A stretch of DNA of 64,000 nt, from NCBI RefSeq assembly GCF_039654945.1, contig NW_027362003.1:1-64000 (forward strand), given 5' to 3'. The stretch is from Dendrobates tinctorius. Its lineage: Eukaryota. The position numbers and the translations under genes were made by a program. The notes beneath the pieces are model-generated. The model had not been told where the DNA came from and did not search any database. It saw only the letters and a program-made list of their open reading frames with translations. Below, piece by piece: positions 59,735 through 64,000 of the stretch; position 1 is the first letter of the stretch; every line of letters begins with the position of its first letter.

Positions 59735-62300
59735 AATTGGGGGTTTCCACTGTTTGGGCACATCAGGGGCTCTCCAAATGCAACATGGCATCTGATCTCA
59801 ATTCCAGCCAATTCTGAGTTGAAAAAGTCAAATGGTGCTCCTTCCCTTCCAAGCTCTGCCATGCGCCCAAACAGTGTTTTACCCCCACATGTAGGGTATC
59901 AGCCTACTCAGGACAAATTGCAAAACAATTTTTGGGGTCCAATTTCTCCTGTTACCCTTAGGAAAATAAAAAATTGGGGGCAAAAATATCATTTTTGTGG
60001 AAAAAAATGATTTTTTTATTTTCACGTCCGAGTGTTATAAACTTCTGTGAAACACTTGGGGGTTCAAAGTGCTCACCACACATCTAGATAAGTTCCGTGG
60101 GGGGTCTAGTGTCCAAAATGGGGTCACTTGTGGGGAGTTTCAATAGTTTAGGTACATCAGGGGCTCTCCAAACGCACATGACACCCGCAGACCATTCCAT
60201 CAAAGTCTGCATTCCAAAACGTCACTGCTTCCCTTCCGAGCCCCGACGTGTGTCCATACAGTAGTTTTCTCCCACATATGGGGTGTCAGCGTACTCAGGC
60301 CAAATTGGACAACAACTTTTGGGGGTCCAATTTCTCCTGTTACCCTTGGGAAAATGAAAATATTGGGGACTAATTGATCATGTTTCTGGAAAAAATACGA
60401 TTTTTTTATTTTCATGCCCTGGCATTATAAACTTCAGTGAAGCCCTTGGGGGTTCAAAGTGCTCACCTCACATCTAGATAAGTTCCTTAGTGGGTCTAGT
60501 TTTCAAAATGGGGTCATTTGTGGGGGGTTTCCACTGTTTAGGTACATTAGGGGCTCTCCAAAGGCAACATGACACCCGCAGACCATTCCATCAAAGTCTG
60601 CATTCCAAAACGTCACTACTTCCCTTCCGAGCCCCGACGTGTGCCCATACAGTAGTTTTCTCCCACATATGGGGTATCAGCATACTCAGGACAAATTGGA
60701 CAACAACTTTTGGGATCCAATTTCTCCTGGTACCCTTGGGAAAATAAAAAAATGGTGACTAAAAGATCATGTTTGTGGAAAAAATACGAATTTTTTATTT
60801 TCACGCCCGGGCGTTATAAACTTCTGTGAAGCACTGGGGGGTTCAAAGTGCTCACCACACATCTAGATAAGTTCCTTGGGGGGTCTAGTTTACAAAATAG
60901 TGTCATTTGTGGGGGGTTTCCACTGTTTAGGTACATTAGGGGCTCTCCAAAGGCAACATGACACCCGCAGACCATTCCATCAAAGTCTGCATTCCAAAAC
61001 GTCACTACTTCCCTTCCGAGCCCCGACGTGTGCCCATACAGTAGTTTTCTCCCACATATGGGGTATCAGCATACTCAGGACAAATTGGACAACAACTTTT
61101 GGGGTCCAATTTCTCCTGGTACCCTTGGGAAAATAAAAAAATGGTGACTAAAAGATCATGTTTGTGGAAAAAATACGAATTATTTATTTTCACGCCCGGG
61201 CATTATAAACTTCTGTGAAGCACTGGGGGGGTCAAAGTGCTCACCACACATCTAGATAAGTTCCTTAGGGGGTCTAGTTTCCAAAATGGTGTCAATTGTG
61301 GGGGGTTTCCACTGTTTTGGTACATCAGGAGTTTTCCAAACGCGACATGGTGTCCGATCTCAATTCCAGCCAAAAACGTCAAATGGCGCTGCTTCCCTTC
61401 CGAGCTCTGTCATGCGCCCAAATAGTGGTTTACCCCCACATGTGGGGTATCAGCGTACTCAGAACAAATTGCACAATAACTTTTACGGTCCTGTTACCCT
61501 TGGAAAAATAAGAATTGAGGGTGAAAAGATCATTTTTGTGGAAAAAATATGATTTTTTAATTGTACGGCTTTATGTTATAAACTTCTGTGAAGCCCATGG
61601 GGGTTCAAAGTTCTCACCACACATCTAGATAAGTTCCTTAGGGGGTCTAGTTTCCAAAATGGTGTCATTTGTGGGGGGTTTCCACTGTTTTGGTACATCA
61701 GGGGTTTTCCAAACGCGACATGGTGTCCGATCTCAATTCCAGCCAAAAACGTCAAATGGCACTGCTTCCCTTCCGAGCTCTGCCATGCGCCCAAATAGTG
61801 GTTTACCCCCACATGTGGGGTATCAGCGTACTCAGGACAAATTGCACAATAACTTTTAGCGTCCTGTTACCCTTGGGAAAATAAAAATTGGGGTGAAAAG
61901 ATCATTTTTGTGGAAAAAATATGATTTTTTAATTGTACCGCTGTACGTTATAAACTTCTGTAAAGCCCTTGTGGGTTCAAAGTTCTCACCACATATCTAG
62001 ATAAGTTCCTTGGGGGGTCTAGTTTCCAAAATGGGGTCACTTGTAGGGGGTTTCCACTGTTTAGGTACATCAGGGACTCTCCAAACGTGACATGGCGTCC
62101 GATCTGAATTCCAGCCAATTTTGCATTGAAAAAGTCAAACTGCGCTCCTTCCATTCTGAGCTCTGCCATGCGCCGAAACAGTCGTTCCCCCCCACAAATC
62201 AGGCATCAGCGTACTCAGGACAAATTGCACAATAACTTTTGCAGTCCAATTTCTCCTGTTACCCTTGGTAAAATAAAAAAAATTGAACCTGAAGTATTTT
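59735..62300. repeat. Tandem array of ~370-390-bp units (about 6.5 copies)
   Basis: Anchor ttataaacttc recurs near 60036, 60426, 60815, 61204, 61576 and 61948. Confidence 0.92.
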
Positions 62301-62924
62301 TTTTGTGAAAAAAAGTTAGATGTTCATTTCTTTTTAAATATTAAAAAAAATTCCTGTGACGCACCTAATGGGTTAATAAACTTCTTGAGTGTGGTTTTGA
62401 GCACCTTAAGGGGTGCAGTTTTTAGAATGGTGTCACTTTTGGGTATTTTCTATCATATAGACCCCTCAAAGTGGCTTCAAATGTGATGTGGTCCTAAAAA
62501 TAAAATGGTGTTGTAAAAATGAGAAATCGCTGGTCAACTTTTAACCCTTATAACTTCCTAACAAAAAAAAATTTTGGTTCCAAAATTGTGCTGATGTAAA
62601 GTAAACATGTGGCAAATGTTACTTATCAAGTTTTTTGTGTGCCGTATCTCTGTGATTTAAGGGCATAAAAATTAAAAGTTGGAAAATTGCGAAATTTTCA
62701 AAATTTTTGCCAAATTTCCATTTTTTCACAAATAAACGCAAGTTATTTGAATTAAATTTTACCACTAACATGAAGTACAATATGTCACGAGAAAACAATG
62801 TCAGAATCACCGGGATCAATGGAAGCGTTCCAGAGTTATGACCTCATAAAGGTACAGTGGTCAGAATTGTAAAAATTGGCCCGGTCATGAACGTGCAAAC
62901 CACCCTTGTGGGTGAAGGGGTTAA

Positions 62925-63933
62925 TACTCGAGGGTGAATGCCATCAGGGCCTGGTGATTTGTCAATTTTAATCTTACTAAGGCGGTTCTGCACTTCTTCC
63001 TGGGTTAGGAAGGTAATACTTAATGGGGAGTTTACATTATCACTCTGCATTTCCCCTGGCAAATCCTTTTCCTGTGTGAACACTGTTGAGAAAAAAGTAT
63101 TTAAAACATTTGCTTTTCCCACATCGCTCTCTATCATTGTTCTTTAAAAGGCCGACACCATCAATTTTAATCTTTTTACTGTTTATATAATTAAAGAATA
63201 GTTTGGGGTTTGTTTTACTTTCCTTAGCAATGAGTCTCTCAGTTTCCACTTTTGCTAAATGTATTTGTTTTTTACACATTTTATTTTTTTCTCTATAACT
63301 TTTTAATGCTTCTTCATTGCCTTCTTGTTTTAGCTTCCTAAATGCCTGGTTCTTGTTATTTATTGCCCTTTTTACATCCTTATTTAGCGACATTGGTGTT
63401 CTCCTGTTCCTAGCCCTTTTATTTCTGTACGGTATGGCTAGCTCGCAGTGGGTGTGTAAAACTGATTTAAATATTTCCCATTTATTTTCTGTGCTCCTAT
63501 TTTTGAGGACATTGTCCCAATCAATTTGGCGAAGGTCCTCTCTAAGCTGATCAAACTTTGCTTTCCTGAAATTCAGCGTTTTTGTAACCCCCTTCCAGGG
63601 CACCTTACTGAAGGACAAGTGGAATTGTATTATATTGTGGTCACTGTTCTCTAGGTGCCCATCGACTCGTACTTCTGTTATTCTATCTGGCCTGTTGCTT
63701 AAAATTAAGTCCAGAAGGGCTGTCCCTCTAGTTGGGCCGTGCACAAGTTGTGACAGATAATTATCCTTGGTCAGTGACAGAAATTGGTTTCCTTTCTGAG
63801 ATACACAGGTTTCAGTTTCCCTGTCTATGTCGGGGTAGTTGAAGTCCCCCATAATAATCACCTCATTGTGATTTGCTGCTTTGTCTATTTGTTTCAATAA
63901 TACATTTTCAGTGGTTTCTGTTTTTCCTCCCAT
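62925..63933 (-). pseudogene. CR1 ORF2 endonuclease/linker portion, N-terminally deleted and frameshifted
   Basis: IMGDFNYPDI, PTRG..LLDL, SDHN. Confidence 0.88.
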
Positions 63934-64000
63934 CCCCTCTTCTTCTAGTTTAAAGCCCTCCTGATGAGTGTGGCAAGTCTTCTGGCGAATGTGTGTTTCC

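Larger units (their letters stand above)
57760..62920. mobile_element. Large non-autonomous piggyBac-like element
   Basis: TTAA|CCCCTTC ... GAAGGGG|TTAA with duplicated TTAA; no transposase; internal tandem arrays. Confidence 0.85.
56125..64000 (-). mobile_element. CR1 LINE interrupted at a TTAA by a 5.2-kb DNA element (own sequence at 56125-57759 and 62925-64000)
   Basis: (TTACATAG)n tail; GPDGIHPRVL|RELS rejoins across the insertion; ORF1 end (...LIRRALN*) at about 63945-64000. Confidence 0.92.

Noticed and set aside
59437-59736. ORFs with (RVRA)n or (LG)n repeats
   Set aside because: Translations of the telomere-like repeat

Overview
Eukaryotic, repeat-dense vertebrate genomic DNA, most likely an anuran amphibian (inferred from the mix of TTAA-flanked T2/Kolobok and piggyBac-like MITEs, many Tc1 families, CR1, Rex1/Babar, L1, Penelope and chromoviral Gypsy elements). 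It contains one assembly gap of about 300 N. Most of the window is nested transposable elements. Two spliced host genes are invisible to the ORF track but can be rebuilt by hand from GT-AG exons. (1) A compact minus-strand Speedy/RINGO-family CDK activator gene: 6 coding exons, 14988-17269, 172 aa, with a probable non-coding first exon and CCAAT/CHR/MYB-like promoter motifs. (2) A plus-strand inter-alpha-trypsin inhibitor heavy chain (ITIH3-like) 3' remnant: 4 exons, 36928-46479, with two stops and a frameshift. Notable mobile DNA includes an intact DD36E (Incomer-type) Tc1/mariner element and a DD35E (Traveler-type) element whose outermost 21 bp are flipped. There is also a fold-back Tc1 made of two 5' halves, and a 6.8 kb inverted Penelope composite carrying two minimal hammerhead ribozymes and a young L1. 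A full-length chromovirus shows a Tf1/sushi-type self-priming signature. I found no convincing evidence for a wholly new biological system. The best leads are the short Speedy paralog and the structural rearrangements listed under findings.
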